A DNA stretch of 42,567 nt. Origin: Vicugna vicugna (taxonomy: Eukaryota). Under the pieces are notes generated by a model. That model did not search any database and was not told the origin of the DNA. It saw only the letters and a program-made list of their open reading frames with translations. The DNA is taken from positions 6,530,956 to 6,573,522 of the forward strand of contig MU058384.1 of assembly GCA_013265495.1 (NCBI GenBank), read 5' to 3'. The position numbers were made by a program, and so were the translations under genes. Below are positions 1-12,190 of this stretch, in pieces. Each line of letters begins with the position of its first letter. The stretch's first letter is position 1.

Positions 1-275
1 GAGAGTCCTAATAGCTCCAAAAACACAAGAAGGAAACAGTCTTTTCATTAAGTACCAGTTAAATGTTTTGTCCATCTGGTTAAGTCTTTTATCATGGACT
101 GATTGAATTCAGTTACTGCTCCCAATTGCTGTCTTGCCATTGTCCATAAAATTTTACTAGTTCTGAAATTTTAAATTGTTGGAAGAATGAATAAAATTGC
201 TATTTGTGCTGATAGTGATGATTAGGATGTCTATGGTTTAGGACTTTATGTCCTAATAATAACAGAATAAAAAAT

Positions 276-790
276 ATTCATTCACTCAGCAAATATTTAG
301 GGGGAGTCTGCTGTGTGTTAGACACTGCTCTTTGAGGTTGGGATACAGTAGAGAAGATAAAATATTCCACGGAACCAAAGGAGGATTTCATTATTTATAT
401 GATGAGAAGGAGTAAGCCTAGAAGCATCCGGGAGAAGAATGTTTCATGCTGAGAAACCAGCTTGTGTGTGTGTGAGAAAAAGCAGGCAAGCAAGATGGTA
501 AGGTGACCATCCATCCCAGTTTGCCCACAACTAAGGGAGTTCTCAGGACACAGGGCTTTCAGTGCTAAAACAAGAAGCCCTGGGCAAACTAAGAAGAGTG
601 GGCCACTGCCTGTGTTCCTGGACATGCCAGATGAGAAGCTGGGAGAGAAGATGAGTTTGAACAGTTGAGCACGAGATCACGTGGGTCCCAGGAGGCCATA
701 GTCGGGAGTTAATTTTATTCTGTGTTTGATGAGAGGAATTTGTAGGATAGCTGTGGGTCCCAGGCTCTTATTCTAGAAAAGATTTCTATT
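276..790 (-). mobile_element. L2 LINE 3' fragment, interrupted by a MER81-like MITE
   Basis: ATTCATTCACTCAGCAAATATTTAG...CTGTGTGTTAGACACTGCT...GGGATACAG is the reverse complement of the L2 3' terminus; L2-like sequence resumes at about 620-790. Confidence 0.65.
499..610 (-). mobile_element. MER81-like hAT-Blackjack MITE
   Basis: TAAGGTGACCATCCATCCCAGTTTGCCC...CTTTCAGTGCTAAAAC...GGGCAAAC...GTGGGCCACTGCC; about 112 bp with TAGGGTGACC-type termini. Confidence 0.75.
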
Positions 791-1614
791 GCATAATGAC
801 GCTGACACTTGAATAATTTATTATTTAGTATTGAATGTATATGGGGTTAGATCAGCAATGGTCTTATAGGTGCTTTAATTCTAAGGAGTTTTGGAAAAGT
901 GAAAAATATAACAGGCATGGAGTTGGAACGATCAGGCTTTGTAATTTGCTGAAGTTTTTACAAAGGCACCAGAGATAGAATGGGGAGAACAGGAGGGAGC
1001 TGGCCTTGGTATGAAGACTTTAATATCACGGATTGTCATTTCTCAATGGGATCGAGGAAGATTTGTTTTGGGAGGAATGAATTTATTTGTGGGAAAAGGA
1101 TTGGTTTGACCTATTGTATAGGGACTTCATCTGTGAGAGTTTGATAACGAGAGGGGGTATATTATTAAATTTTATCAGGTGGCAGGAAATACCAGACACT
1201 TGATGTTGACGCTGTTACTTGGGCTATGCTATAATCTGGTGCTCACTGTATAACCTTTTCTAGTGAACTTGCATAGAATTACAGCAGAGCATAAATCAAG
1301 AGGGAAAACAGAATGGAAAGTAACAATTGGAGATATTGTGTAATGTAACCTTGGGGAAATATTTGTATCCTGTATTGACCCCTATCAGAAGCTTCTGGAG
1401 GCAGCATTAAACAGGAATTTATCAAAGGCCTTGGGAACTGAACTGACCATCTCATTGGTCCTCTGTACTAAACGGTAGCCAAAGACTAGGGAACCAGCCT
1501 CACAGTGATGCCGGCAGGACAACTCTGACACTTCATTAAATTTGTCTCTCAAGGGAGACAGCCCAACCTCTAGTCGAATGCTCAGTTGTTAGTTCACATT
1601 TTACATGAATGCAG

Positions 1615-2130
1615 GAACTTCCTCCTTATTGGTCTCTCAAATTCCATTCTTGCCCTCCTGGAACCTATTCTCAGCAGAACAGTCAGAGTGATTTTTTTTT
1701 AAAAAAGCAAATAAGTTCATATCCACTCTGCTTAAAAGTCTGCCAATAACATCCCATGACAGCAAGAATGAAATCCAAGCTCTTTTGCATGGCCTGCAAG
1801 GCTCTACCTCTTCCGGCCACTGCCTTTTTCTCTAAGATCATCTTCTAGCAATTTCCTCTACCCTACATCCACTCTAGTCACCCTGGATTTCTTGCTCTTC
1901 CCAAAATACTCCAGCTTGTTTCCACATTGAAGCCTTTACATTCAGTAGTCCCAATTCTTGGAATGCTCTTCACCACATCTTTGCTGGATTTACTCCTTCA
2001 GATGAGGTATGTATGTACTTAATGTCATTTCCTTAGAGAGTCCCTTCTGCCTCCAATATCTAGAAGATCCACCACCACCCTGTCACTTCCTATCATCTTA
2101 GCCTGCTTTATTTTCTTCCTAGCACTGAGG
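1615..2130 (+). mobile_element. L2 LINE 3' region
   Basis: Typical L2 motifs CAGAGTGATTTTT, CTCTGCTTAAAA, AAATCCAAGCTC, TGGCCTGCAAGGCTCT, TGGAATGCTCTT, AATGTCATTTCCTTAGAGAG. Confidence 0.8.
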
Positions 2131-2139
2131 AGCTATCAG

Positions 2140-2628
2140 TTCATTTATTCAACCAGAATTATAAGAGATCCAGGCTGCTCTGAGCTGCTCTGGCCACCTT
2201 CATTCCTTTCTCTTGAGAATGTTTACTCCTCTACGTGGCAGGAGAGCCCAGCACTGCTGTTCTTGTCTGTGTTCTCTCTTAGTTACTCTCTCTCTCCTTT
2301 CCTCTGGTGTTGATGGATACACTTTGGATTTAGCTCTTCTTCCATATAGCAGTACAGCCAGGGTCTTGGGTTTGGTCCTTAGGGTTCAAGGAGACCAAGC
2401 TCACATAACATCTTGGGTCTGCTCTAATAAAAAGAGAAGGATTCCTGTGCACTAACCTCCCTCACTCACTGAAGTTCTGCATTGGACTATTAGCTAATAA
2501 AAAAAGCATTAATTCTTGCTTTTTCTAGTCATTGTCTTGTACAGTGTCTCTCCCAGCAACCTTCCAGGGAGGGGTTATTAGTCTGGCAAACGATTCAGAC
2601 ATTCCTAGGTTCCCTGCCCAACACAACA
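2140..2628 (-). mobile_element. possible ancient LTR (unclassified)
   Basis: Block that interrupts the L2 context; begins TGTTG on the minus strand and has a minus-strand AATAAA near its far end; no family recognised. Confidence 0.25.
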
Positions 2629-3553
2629 TTAATATCATCTCTTTGGAATACTCTGTTGTACCTTTCCCAACTTTTAAGCTTTCCAGAAATGCCTGGAATA
2701 CTATTAATGATATCTAAAGATTTTTTTTTTAAGCCAGAGAGCAAAGAGAAAAATGCTATCTTAAAACACGTTTAAGGCAGTATGTATCATTTCCGTCTTA
2801 CCTGCACTAATCTTTCAGTGTTGAAATGACATACTGATGATTAAAACAAAAATAAACATCTCCACCATAGAACAGCACAAAATGTTAAAACAAATTGGTT
2901 TTTATGTCAGGTATAAACATAAAACATTTTATGTTTACCTTAAATAAATGAAGGTAAATTTAGCATATGCTTACTTTCTATGTTAAAACTCTCTTTCCTT
3001 ATATTATATTAATGTGGTTAGATATGTGGTAGTTAAATTTAATAAGAAATACTTTGCATATTGGTTTAAGATGCTTTTTGGTTTTGGTGTTTATTTACCA
3101 TGGAAGCTGTTTTTGTGCTGGTTTCAAACCAAAGCACTGAGTGGATATAAATTTGACCTTTCTGGAAGTTATTGCATGGCTTGGTTCCTGAAAATCTACT
3201 TCTCAGTTTGATCTGATGGACTTCCAATGATTATATTTGAAATTCACTCTCAATTAAGGGTGTAAAAGATAATGTTTTTATCTTTTGCATCTTCTCTGTT
3301 GACTTCTGCTCCCCCAAACCTGCCTCTGTATTAATACCTTCAGAATATTTGAAAGAGACAGACTGAGAGAGAAAGGCATTTTTTTTTTTCGGTTGTTTCC
3401 CTCCCAGCTCCTTCTTAGTAACTTCTTGCTCCCTGATAGCCTGTCTTGTTTTCAGGGATCAAGTTTCCTTTTCCTCCCTCAAATATTGCTTCTTTTCATC
3501 TTCTCCTCAAAGCCCTTTAATATGTAAGGGAATCAAACACCATCTTGGAGAAA

Positions 3554-3795
3554 GTGGAGCATAGTGGTTAGAAGCCTGCACTCCATTAGTCAAACTACCT
3601 GGGTTTGAATTCCTACTTACCAGCTGTGTGAAGTTGGGCAGTTTGTTTTACTCTCAGTTTCTTCTGTAAAATGAGCAGAATATCAGTGTTCATCTTATAA
3701 GAAGTTACTTAATGATGGTACTTTAATGCTTCAGTAAATGGAAAGTGGTATAACAGGGCCTGGCAGTTAGTAAGCCCCCAATAAATATTTGCTCT
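3554..3795 (+). mobile_element. MIR SINE
   Basis: AGCATAGTGGTTAG, CCTGGGTTTGAATTCC, CTTACCAGCTGTGTGAAGTTGGGCA, CTCAGTTTCTTCTGTAAAATG, CCTGGCAGTTAGTAAG. Confidence 0.85.
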
Positions 3796-4099
3796 AATGA
3801 TAGTCTTCCTTCCGAATCCTGAGTCATACATTTTATTCTCCAAAACGGTTACAGAAGACAAATCCTGGGCCACACTAGAGCTGCCATGGAGAGTCTATGT
3901 TCCCCTGCTCCAATGTGTTTATCAGTTCAAGTCAGGTTAATTTCAACAGTGTGGACAGTTTGAAAGGAGAAAACTAATCACAACAGGAGTATCTACAGGG
4001 TGTCTGGAGTTTGCTTGTACTGGCTAGAAAAGTCCTTGCTTAATGACCAAAAGTCAGATGTCTAAAAACTGCAAATCTTGCTTTCTAGTAAGGAACACT

Positions 4100-4250
4100 G
4101 CTTCTACATTAAGTCTCTTTCCATTCTCAGTCTCTTCCCACACTACCCACCAAGTAGTCATTGAGGTTACCGCCAACATCCATAATTGCTCAAATCTTTT
4201 GTGGCACAGAGAACTGCAAATATTTCCATCTGGCTCTAGCATTACAGGGA
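4100..4250 (+). mobile_element. L2 ORF2 (RT region) fragment
   Basis: CAGTCTCTTCCCACACTACCCACC...GAGGTTACCGCCAACATCCATAATTGCTCAAATC resembles the L2 QSGF..HSTET..KVTNDL..AK coding segment. Confidence 0.4.
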
Positions 4251-4732
4251 AATAACCACTGGTCTGGCATCACATATCTACCAAAGGTGAGTTTACTGCC
4301 TAGGAATTCAAGGCTGTACAATGTTCTCTCTGAAAGTAATGATGTCACCTACCTACATTTTAATTTGTAGCAAACAACTGGATGCACATGCTGAAAATCA
4401 GCTACATCTGAAGGAATACATCAAAGGAATTCAAACCATCTGATGACTATCTGGTGTTTCTAAAAATCTCATGAATGTTTATAGTCTTGATAGTAAATTT
4501 CCTTTAAATTAACACTGATATTTAATGCATAGAAATTTAAGAATGATTCAATGATACAATATGAGAAAATAAATTATAAAATAAAATAATGCACTTGTGT
4601 AAGTATAATTTAATCAAATATATTAAAATCTCTTACATATAATATTCATGGGTCAGAATAATGGGGAAATGTTTTGGATTTAGAAAAAATTATCCAATTC
4701 AATAATAAATTGGGAAAACTTAGAGATACTAA

Positions 4733-5232
4733 AATCAGTCATGATTGTTTGGGTTGCAAGAGAAAAAACCCAATTCAAATTAGCCCAAGCGAAAGAGGTA
4801 ATTTACTGGGTCACATAATAACGGAAATTGATTTCAGGTATAGCTGAATCTAGGCACTTATGTGATGTCAACAGAAATTGTTCTTTTCCCCCATTTCTTC
4901 ATTCTCAGGCAAATCTTTTCTCATGTGAAAGAAACAATAATCCCACAAGCAGCACCAGGCTTACAGGATTTGTATAGCTTTAATCTGGAAAGAAAAAAAA
5001 ACCCACTTCCCTTCACTGTCTATAATAATCTCCCCAAAGAGCTCTGATTGATGCTGCTTGGGTCATGTGCCTAAACTGGGTTAAGCACTTCACCTAAAGG
5101 GATGAAATCATGAGCCTACTGTTGTTTTCAGGACGTGAGGTAATGAAATTGATGGCCCCGTCATAATCACAGTATGAGGGAGAGGAAGCAGAACAGAAAA
5201 AATAAAAAAATAAAACCAGATGTTTGCCACAA
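4733..5232 (-). mobile_element. old MaLR LTR (MLT1J/K-like)
   Basis: GGTTGCAAGAGAAAAAACCCAATTCAAATTAGC, TTCAGGTATAGCTGAATCTAGG, CTTCATTCTCAGGCA, CTCTGATTG...CTTGGGTCATGTGCC. Confidence 0.75.
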
Positions 5233-6069
5233 TACAGTAAATATACAGTAACTCTGTAGAAGTGATATAACTTAACTAGAGGTAGCTAGTCAGAGTTGCT
5301 CAAGGAACAGTTAATGACTTTTGATATGAAGATGGCTATTTATAGTCAGGATTCTCCTCTTTATTTTGGGGGGCTACTAAAAAGAAAAAGAAGGAAATTA
5401 AAAATGAAAGCATAAATTTCGTTCTTGACAACACTTGGAGTCAGAAAATTTCTGAAGTTTGCTGAAAGTGGTAGTATTCATATAGAAGCTGCAGATAAGA
5501 AAGTGGAGAGCAGTAGAGAGTAAGAACATGATAGTGACAGATTTCTGAGTGCACAACCAAAATAGTCTTCACCAAATAACTGCACCAAGGGGAGAGTTAC
5601 ACCTGAGGGTCAAGATGTCTATATCTTCAAAATGGGGTGCAGAAATAGGAGTGAGCTAGTTGAAAGCAGAAGCCACCATTTTCCACCCCTAACCAAATAG
5701 AATTGTTAAGTCAAAAAAAGAGAAGGATTTACTAAAAGAATCATACAGAAAGCCATATTTGCATGAAGCAACCTAGGTTTACAGCAACTAGGGATAAGGC
5801 ACAGTCTGTGTTATGAAGAAAATAAAACAATAATTAAAAAAAACAGCTACTCTAGAGCTCTACTTTGTCCTACTCCCCCATATACAGGAAACTTCTATTA
5901 TAACAGGTCCACAAACACTGAATTAATGTAACAATAAAAAACATAAGAAGGAATTAGCACGCATCTATGAAGAAAAGCCATAAAAATAAAGGAAGAAACA
6001 AGCAGCAAAATTTATTACCAGCCACTTACCAGAATTTAAAAAAAAGTTGCCATGGAACAGGCTAATTTT

Positions 6070-6115
6070 ATTTTCTTTTTTATTTTTTGTGGGGAAGGTA
6101 ATTAGTAGAAGGTAT

Positions 6116-6159
<44 letters not shown>

Positions 6160-6237
6160 ACAGAGGTACTGGGGATTGAACCCACGACCTTATGCATGCT
6201 AAGCACACACTCTACCACTCACCTATATCCTTCCTCT
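6070..6237 (-). mobile_element. camelid-type tRNA-derived SINE
   Basis: Minus strand: A-box-like TAGGTGAGTGG, B box GGTTCAATCC, (TAAA)n tract, TAATTACCTTCCCC and an A-rich tail; degenerate TSD GAACAGGCTAATTTT (6055-6069) / GAACAACCTAAATTTT (6238-6253). Confidence 0.9.
6113..6158. repeat. (TTTA)n microsatellite inside the SINE
   Basis: About 11 perfect TTTA units. Confidence 0.95.
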
Positions 6238-7144
6238 GAACAACCTAAATTTTAAACAAGTATTTTGCTATACAGTTTTTGTTAAGTGAATGAAGACCAC
6301 AAAACAGAAGAGCAAGAACTTAGGGAATAGATGGAGAGATGATAGTAATAGGTAAACTACTATAATTTGACATGGAATTGGAAAAATAAAAGCATCAAAA
6401 AATGAAGAAGGAATTAGAAGGAACTCAAAAGTGACTAAACATTGGGGAAAAAAGTAATGGACACAGATGGGAAAATGACAAAAGTAAACAAAATACAGTT
6501 AAAATAAATAATTAAAAAGGATTAGAGAGAAAATATTGGCAGTAGAAAACAGGAAAAGGAGATATACCATATATATAATTGGAGACTACAAAAGAGGTAA
6601 AAAGGAATAGATCAAATATTTGAAGACACAATCAAGAAAACATTTCTAAGGTAAAAAGCACTTGAATATAAATATAAAGAGCAGGTCATATGGATATCAA
6701 ACACCTAAATATTTTTACTAAAGTTACTGGACTTAAAAAATCCTCTGTGCAGCTAGGAAAAGATATCACTCATATGGGAGAAAAACAAATCATTCTTCTT
6801 TCATACATCTTCACAGTAATATTTAATGTCAGAAGTCAAGTGATATATGTATATCAAATACTAAACCATAAAAATAGAGAATCCATCTTATTTGCAGGTG
6901 CTCATAAACCTTTTACAGACATCAATCATACTAGACAAGGAAGAAAATCTCAGTATACTTCAAAAAGTAAAATTAATACAGAAAACATTCTCTGTTCACA
7001 ATGCAGTGAAGCTAGAAATTGACAAAAGCAACAACAAAATGTTCCCCACTTCCTGGAAATTACAAAGTTCTTAACAACAACTTACTCAAAGAGAAAATTT
7101 AAAGATAAATGTACTTTTATGCAAAGCATATTAAAGACTGTCCC

Positions 7145-7607
7145 TGTATCAGTTTTTATGCTGCAAAATAAATTAGCACAAATTTAGTAGCCTAAAACAA
7201 CTCACATTTATAATCTCATATTTTCCATGGGTCAGGTGTCAAGGCATGGCTTAATGGGGTTCTCTGCCATAAACATATAATCTAGACTATATTCTTATTT
7301 GGATGCCTGATTAGAGAAAAATGTTTTCAAGCTCATTTAGGTTGTTAGCAGAATTCATTTCTTTGTGGCCGTAGAATTCATAGCAGTTTGCTTTTACAAA
7401 GCCTCCAATGGAGAAAAAGACTCTAAAGAAAGTTTGCTAACAAAATAATGGAGATTTATTTAATGTATTGTAACTATGAGAATTATAGCCCATCACCTTT
7501 GCCATATTCTGTTGGTTAGAATCAACCTGGATCTAACTCACAGTCAAGGGAAGTCAATCATACAAGAACATCAACGCTGGAAGTTCATTTAAAGTCTGTC
7601 TGCTACA
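7145..7607 (-). mobile_element. MaLR LTR (MLT1F/G-like) nested in the L1
   Basis: TGTATCAG...CACAAATTTAGTAGCCTAAAACAAC, GGGTCAGG, GTTGTTAGCAGAATTCATTTCTTTGTGG, CATCACCTTTGCCATATTCTGTTGGTTAGAA; ends TGCTACA. Confidence 0.85.
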
Positions 7608-8729
7608 GCTCCTGACAGAAAACTATATGGATCTCTTATTTATGACTATCACTATAAACTTTTGAATAAAATATTGTTAAGAAGAATATAGCAACTTCCT
7701 AAAAGTGTAGAACGTTATAATCTAGGGAAGATAACTTCAGAAATGCAAGGATAGTTCAATAACATAAATCTATCATTAGAATCCATTGTATTCACAGGTC
7801 TAAAAGAAAAAACTTATCATTTCCATAGATGCTGAAAAAGTATTTAATGCAATTCAATATCCATTCTTATTTTAAAAAAACACTTAAGTACTTACTTAAC
7901 ATAACTAAATTGCTCCTTAGCATATATATCTTATCTCAATAGCCAGCTAGATAATTCCCTCTAAACTAGAAAGAAAAAAGTACCACTATGATTATTCAAA
8001 ATTGTATTGGAGGTGCCAACCAATGTAATTAAAATGGAGAAAGAAATTAGAGACATAAAAATTGGAAAGGAAGGAGTAAAATTATTACCTTTTGTAAATG
8101 ATATAAATATATACCTGGAAACACCTAAGAGAGTTGATTGAAAGCTATTACAAACAATAATAGAATCCAGTTTAGACAGTAAGGTAGAAAATAAATATAA
8201 ACCAAGACCAAGATCAACTCTTACATAAATAGGATGAACATGGCCACACTCTTTCCTTCTTGTGATATATGACTCAAGCTACCAGTGTTCCATACTCTTC
8301 AGGCACCACCCTCTCAATGCCACTCAATGACTTTAAAGATTTTTGCTGGATTTCCCACACTTGACAGTAGCCATAATGCTGCATGTTCAAGGCCACACTG
8401 TTTACAACACCATATCTCTGTTCTCCCAAACCAAGGCCTGCAATTCAATTCCCTTAGGAACACATCTCTGATTATGCTCAGCACATTCTCTGCATGCCAC
8501 TATTCTGAGTGCCCTTAGCACTGATGGCAGCAGTTTGTTGTGTCCTAATTTGTGTTTCCTTGTATGTTGCTTGCTAAGGAAGCATTAAGTGGTGAAGTGG
8601 TGAATGTTTGTTTGTTTGTTTGTTTGCCCAAATCAAGATTTCAAGAATCTTATCTCTTCTATCCCCCACCATCCACTGTACTCAGCTGTGGGACTCTATA
8701 TCCAAGTATTCAATAAATGATTCTTTTAA

Positions 8730-9165
8730 TTTTTAAATCAATTTTAAATATAGGGAACATATTTCTATGGTTCTTATATTAAAAAAGCTATAACAGTATA
8801 TCCTAAAGAGTCTCTCTTCCATCCTATTCTCTACCTTTTTAGTTCCTATAACCTCATAGGCAAACTCTATTGATATTTTCTTGTTTAGTTTTCCAGAAAA
8901 ATTTTATGCCTGTGTAAATCAATAATTGTAACTTCTCTCCCTTCTTATCCTTTTTATATAAATGGTAACATAATATATTAATTTCTCTCAACCTTGCTTT
9001 GTATCTTAACGGTATATTCCAAATACTTCGTTAATATATAGAGGCCTTCTTCAATTTTTAAGTTATACATTTCATTATAAGTAAATACTATCATTTGTTT
9101 AGCCAGTACACTATTAGTATACCTTCATGTTGATTCCAATCTTTTCCTATTGCAGATACTGCCTT
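8730..9165 (-). mobile_element. old L1ME 3' UTR fragment
   Basis: T-rich, with TTGTTTAGCCAGTACACTATT...GTTGATTCCAATCTTTTCCTATT, typical of antisense L1ME. Confidence 0.6.
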
Positions 9166-9604
9166 TTAACTGGCATATTAGATAGACATAGATTTCCATT
9201 AAAGTTATTGATTGATAGATGCGTTTTTTTCATTCATTTACAATGAAATTATAAATTCATGACCTAGAATTACCCTGACTCTCTAAGATAACTTCTCATA
9301 TTAATGCTCTAATTCATAGCATGTTCTTGGAGAAGGACTCACTAAAGCCTATCTCCCATATTCCCCACCCTGCTTGCTCTGCAATTGTGACAGGAAACCA
9401 ACCATTTTCAACAAGGAGGGGGATCACTCAAGCAGAGAGCTAGCCTTACTCCCTTAATTCAGGATTGTGAAAACAGATAAGGTAGCTGATTTCATCTCTT
9501 CCTATCAAAACTTCTTCAGTAAGGATGATATTTCTGGACACTTAGGCAGATGATTCATGTGTACTGAGGCAATCAAAATAACTACAGTTGTGGACTGTAT
9601 ATTT

Positions 9605-9770
9605 CACACTGGTTAAGAGCTTGGACTTTGAAACCAGACTAATTCTTGTGACTTGGGTAACTTATTCACTTATTTGCATTGCAAATGAATGTATCTGTAC
9701 AATGTGGATAATAACAGTTCCTTTCCAGTGTTTGAGAGTCACACTATATAAAAGTTAAGTATCATTATTA
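9605..9770 (+). mobile_element. MIR SINE fragment
   Basis: TGGTTAAGAGCTTGGACTTTGAAACCAGAC, TGTGACTTGGGTAA, ATCTGTACAATGTGGATAATAACAG. Confidence 0.7.
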
Positions 9771-10778
9771 CTCTTTTTTGGTAAATATTAGCAAATCTGT
9801 ACTCATCATTCATACTAAAAGAAAAACATTCACATTTGCCTTCAACTGCACAGAAGACATAGTTGAGGCAGACATGCTCGGAGTTTGCTCACATTGAACT
9901 TAGAGCTATCAAACTTGTTTAGGCCCTACAGAACCATTTGGCCACCCACCAACCAGAAAGTGGCATCTGCATCAATGATTTTGCATGTCTATATGCAGGC
10001 ATAGGCAGAGACTTTAATTTATGTATTTCCCTAGACTCCTGACTGTTCTATTTACATAGAGTAATCTGCAACCGCACTTGTCTCACTGTAATCCTCCCTA
10101 ATCATACCACCTAAGCTGTGCTATCAGTGCAGCACAGAGAGTGATACAACAACAAAGTCACCAAAAACTATTAAAATTGAATTGAAGTTATGGTTTAATA
10201 ACAATAAACCCTTATAAATAAATAATACCCAGAAAATTCAAGCAAAGTTAATATCCTTCATTGTACAAAGCAAGGTCCATTGCAGTCCCTCATCTTCTTC
10301 AAATCACCAATAACCCTGAGCCCATGATATGACTAACCTTTCCCTGGGAGTCTGGATCTAAAATTAGAAACAGGACTGAGGCCGTTGTTGCTGGTAATTG
10401 TAAGGATTACATATTAATATTGATTTACTTTATTGACTGGTTACTGCCCATCAATTTAATGGTAGATAGATGGCATCTGTGCTGAATCTAATAACTTTTA
10501 TATTCTTTATTTGTTCTCCTCAGAACCTCTTAGGAAACAAATCAATCTTAACCTCCAAATTAAGCACAATTTCTAAAATACAAATGTGATATGTGACCTT
10601 TCCTAATATACTTTTAAAACTGGCTCTGAAACATAAAAGAGAGTTTAACAACTATGCATGAAAGACTGACTAAACTTCGCTCTACTACACAGGATTCTAA
10701 TACACAGAGTTTTTCATTTCTCATTTCCAAAATAAAACATATATAGAGAGAACAAAAACGTCTCCCCTGTTTGGATTG

Positions 10779-11253
10779 TCTAGTGACATCTTGGAAGCAT
10801 TTCCACACTCTTCTTTGTCCTTTCCTGTACTGCAGGAACTGAAGCCTGAAAACCACATTTCCCAAGTGTCCTTGCCACCAGGTTCCTGTTTAAGGTCTGC
10901 ACATTGAGGCCAACGTGTGCAATTTACCTGGGGAAGAGAGGAAGGACCATCACTGCTTGGTCACCGCCAGAAGGCATGTGGGGCTTCAGCAGAGGACAGG
11001 AAGATGGATGCGACAATTTTGCCAGTGTTTCCTGGAAACCATCTACTTGAGGGCTACAGGTAGTGAGGTTATCAGCAGGTCACCTCCCTGATATTCCTGC
11101 CCTTCCTGATTTCCTGAACATTGGCAGCAGCTTCTTTGGCTTTTGTACAATCTGCTCTTCCAATGGTTTTTGTAAACTCTAATCCCTTATATCAAATCCC
11201 TTTCCACTTCCTAGAGCAGTTTCTGATTTCCTCTCTAAATCCTCACTGATGCA
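10779..11253 (+). mobile_element. ERVL solo LTR (LTR33-like)
   Basis: AAACCACATTTCCCAAG..CCTTGCCACCAGG near the 5' end; AAATCCCTTTC...CTAGAGCAGTTTCTGATTTCC...CACTGATGCA at the 3' end. Confidence 0.75.
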
Positions 11254-11644
11254 GTGGTTGGCACCAAAAGTAAAAGCCAGCAGTCTTCTCCTGACTTTGG
11301 ACTGCAGCGACATTTCTTGGTTCTTCTTGGGCATGTCTTTCCATCCCACATGGCCTTGTACCTGAGAGATGGCCAACAGAATGGGAGTGCTACCCAGGTG
11401 CACCCCTCTTGCCTGGCACTTACCAACCTCCCAAAGGTGATTCTCCTTTCTTTCCCCACAAAGAGGCTGAATGGAAACAGCTCCTGGAAGAGGGCAGAAT
11501 CCATGAGGGAGAAAGTGATCTTCCTAATCAACTCTGGAGTCGAGTCCTGTATTCTGCCTCCCTCCTCCATGCAAGCCTCACCAGGATGGGAAAAGTAACA
11601 TTCTCTTGTGAGAAGACACTGAAATGTAGAGGTTGTCCCAGCAG

Positions 11645-11772
11645 TTAGCCTCCCCCAGTTTGTGTACTGTCTTTGAAAGCAAGAACTATATTTTATAACT
11701 TCTGTGTTTCCCATGGAGCCAAACATTCATCTACGGAGAGAATAGACAATCCAAAATGCTTGCTTTATGAAG
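11645..11772 (+). mobile_element. L2 3' end
   Basis: CTTTGAAAGCAAGAACTATATTTT...CTGTGTTTCCC...AAATGCTTGCTTTATGAA. Confidence 0.55.
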
Positions 11773-11949
11773 GAAGAGAAAAAGAGAGGAGAATTAAATA
11801 ATTAAATAATCTAAAAATTTAATAACTAGGTGATCACTGGAAGAGGTTAGCTCTAAAATATAGTAGTGATGATTATGTCCATGTGTTTGAATGAGAAAAA
11901 TGTGCTGGCCTCCCAGACTGTGCTGGATGTTACAGCTAAGGGCAATAGT

Positions 11950-12190
11950 TGGTTAATATATCATAGGGGTTAAAAGCACAGGCACTAAGTTCAAATCTGC
12001 TCTACCATTTACTGGCTGGTTATCCTGAAAAAAAACACTTAAACACTCAGAGTTTCCAGTTTCTTCATCCACCCATCTCATTTGGGGATGATAATCATAG
12101 TGTAACTATTGTACAGGATTGTTGTGTGGGTTCCATGATTTCAAGCTTGTAGAGTATGGTGAAGAGCACCTGGAATATATTGTATCTGCT
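11950..12190 (+). mobile_element. MIR SINE
   Basis: GGTTAAAAGCACAGGC, GTTCAAATCTGCTCTACCATTTACTGGCTG, CAGTTTCTTCATC, GGGGATGATAAT, AGGATTGTTGTG. Confidence 0.8.

Larger units (their letters stand above)
5330..8210 (+). mobile_element. decayed old L1 (L1M/L1ME), ORF1 and ORF2 remnants, interrupted by a SINE and an MLT1 LTR
   Basis: A-rich strand bias. ORF 6892-7074 QKVKLIQKTFSVHNAVKLEID resembles the end of the L1 endonuclease domain (KIEIIQSIFSDHNGIKLEIN). 7740-7865 has MQG.FN and ISIDAEK.F..IQ.PF RT motifs. About 8090-8130 is an FADDM..YLENP-like segment. Confidence 0.85.

Noticed and set aside
950..1130. RDRMGRTGG peptide resembling the CR1/L2 endonuclease RDR...GGGV motif
   Set aside because: A single short motif with no convincing flanking similarity; needs a profile search
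6165..6237. tRNA-like sequence with A and B boxes
   Set aside because: It is the head of a SINE with a tail and TSD, not a tRNA gene
8606..8626. (GTTT)n short repeat
   Set aside because: Ordinary short microsatellite
11029..11037. STAT GAS motif TTCCTGGAA in the LTR33-like element
   Set aside because: An isolated 9-mer that also occurs in the L1 at about 7051; no supporting context
11235..11726. Longest ORF in the track (163 aa, minus strand)
   Set aside because: No recognisable domain; it spans an L2 end and ends inside the LTR33-like element; overlapping ORFs on both strands suggest chance
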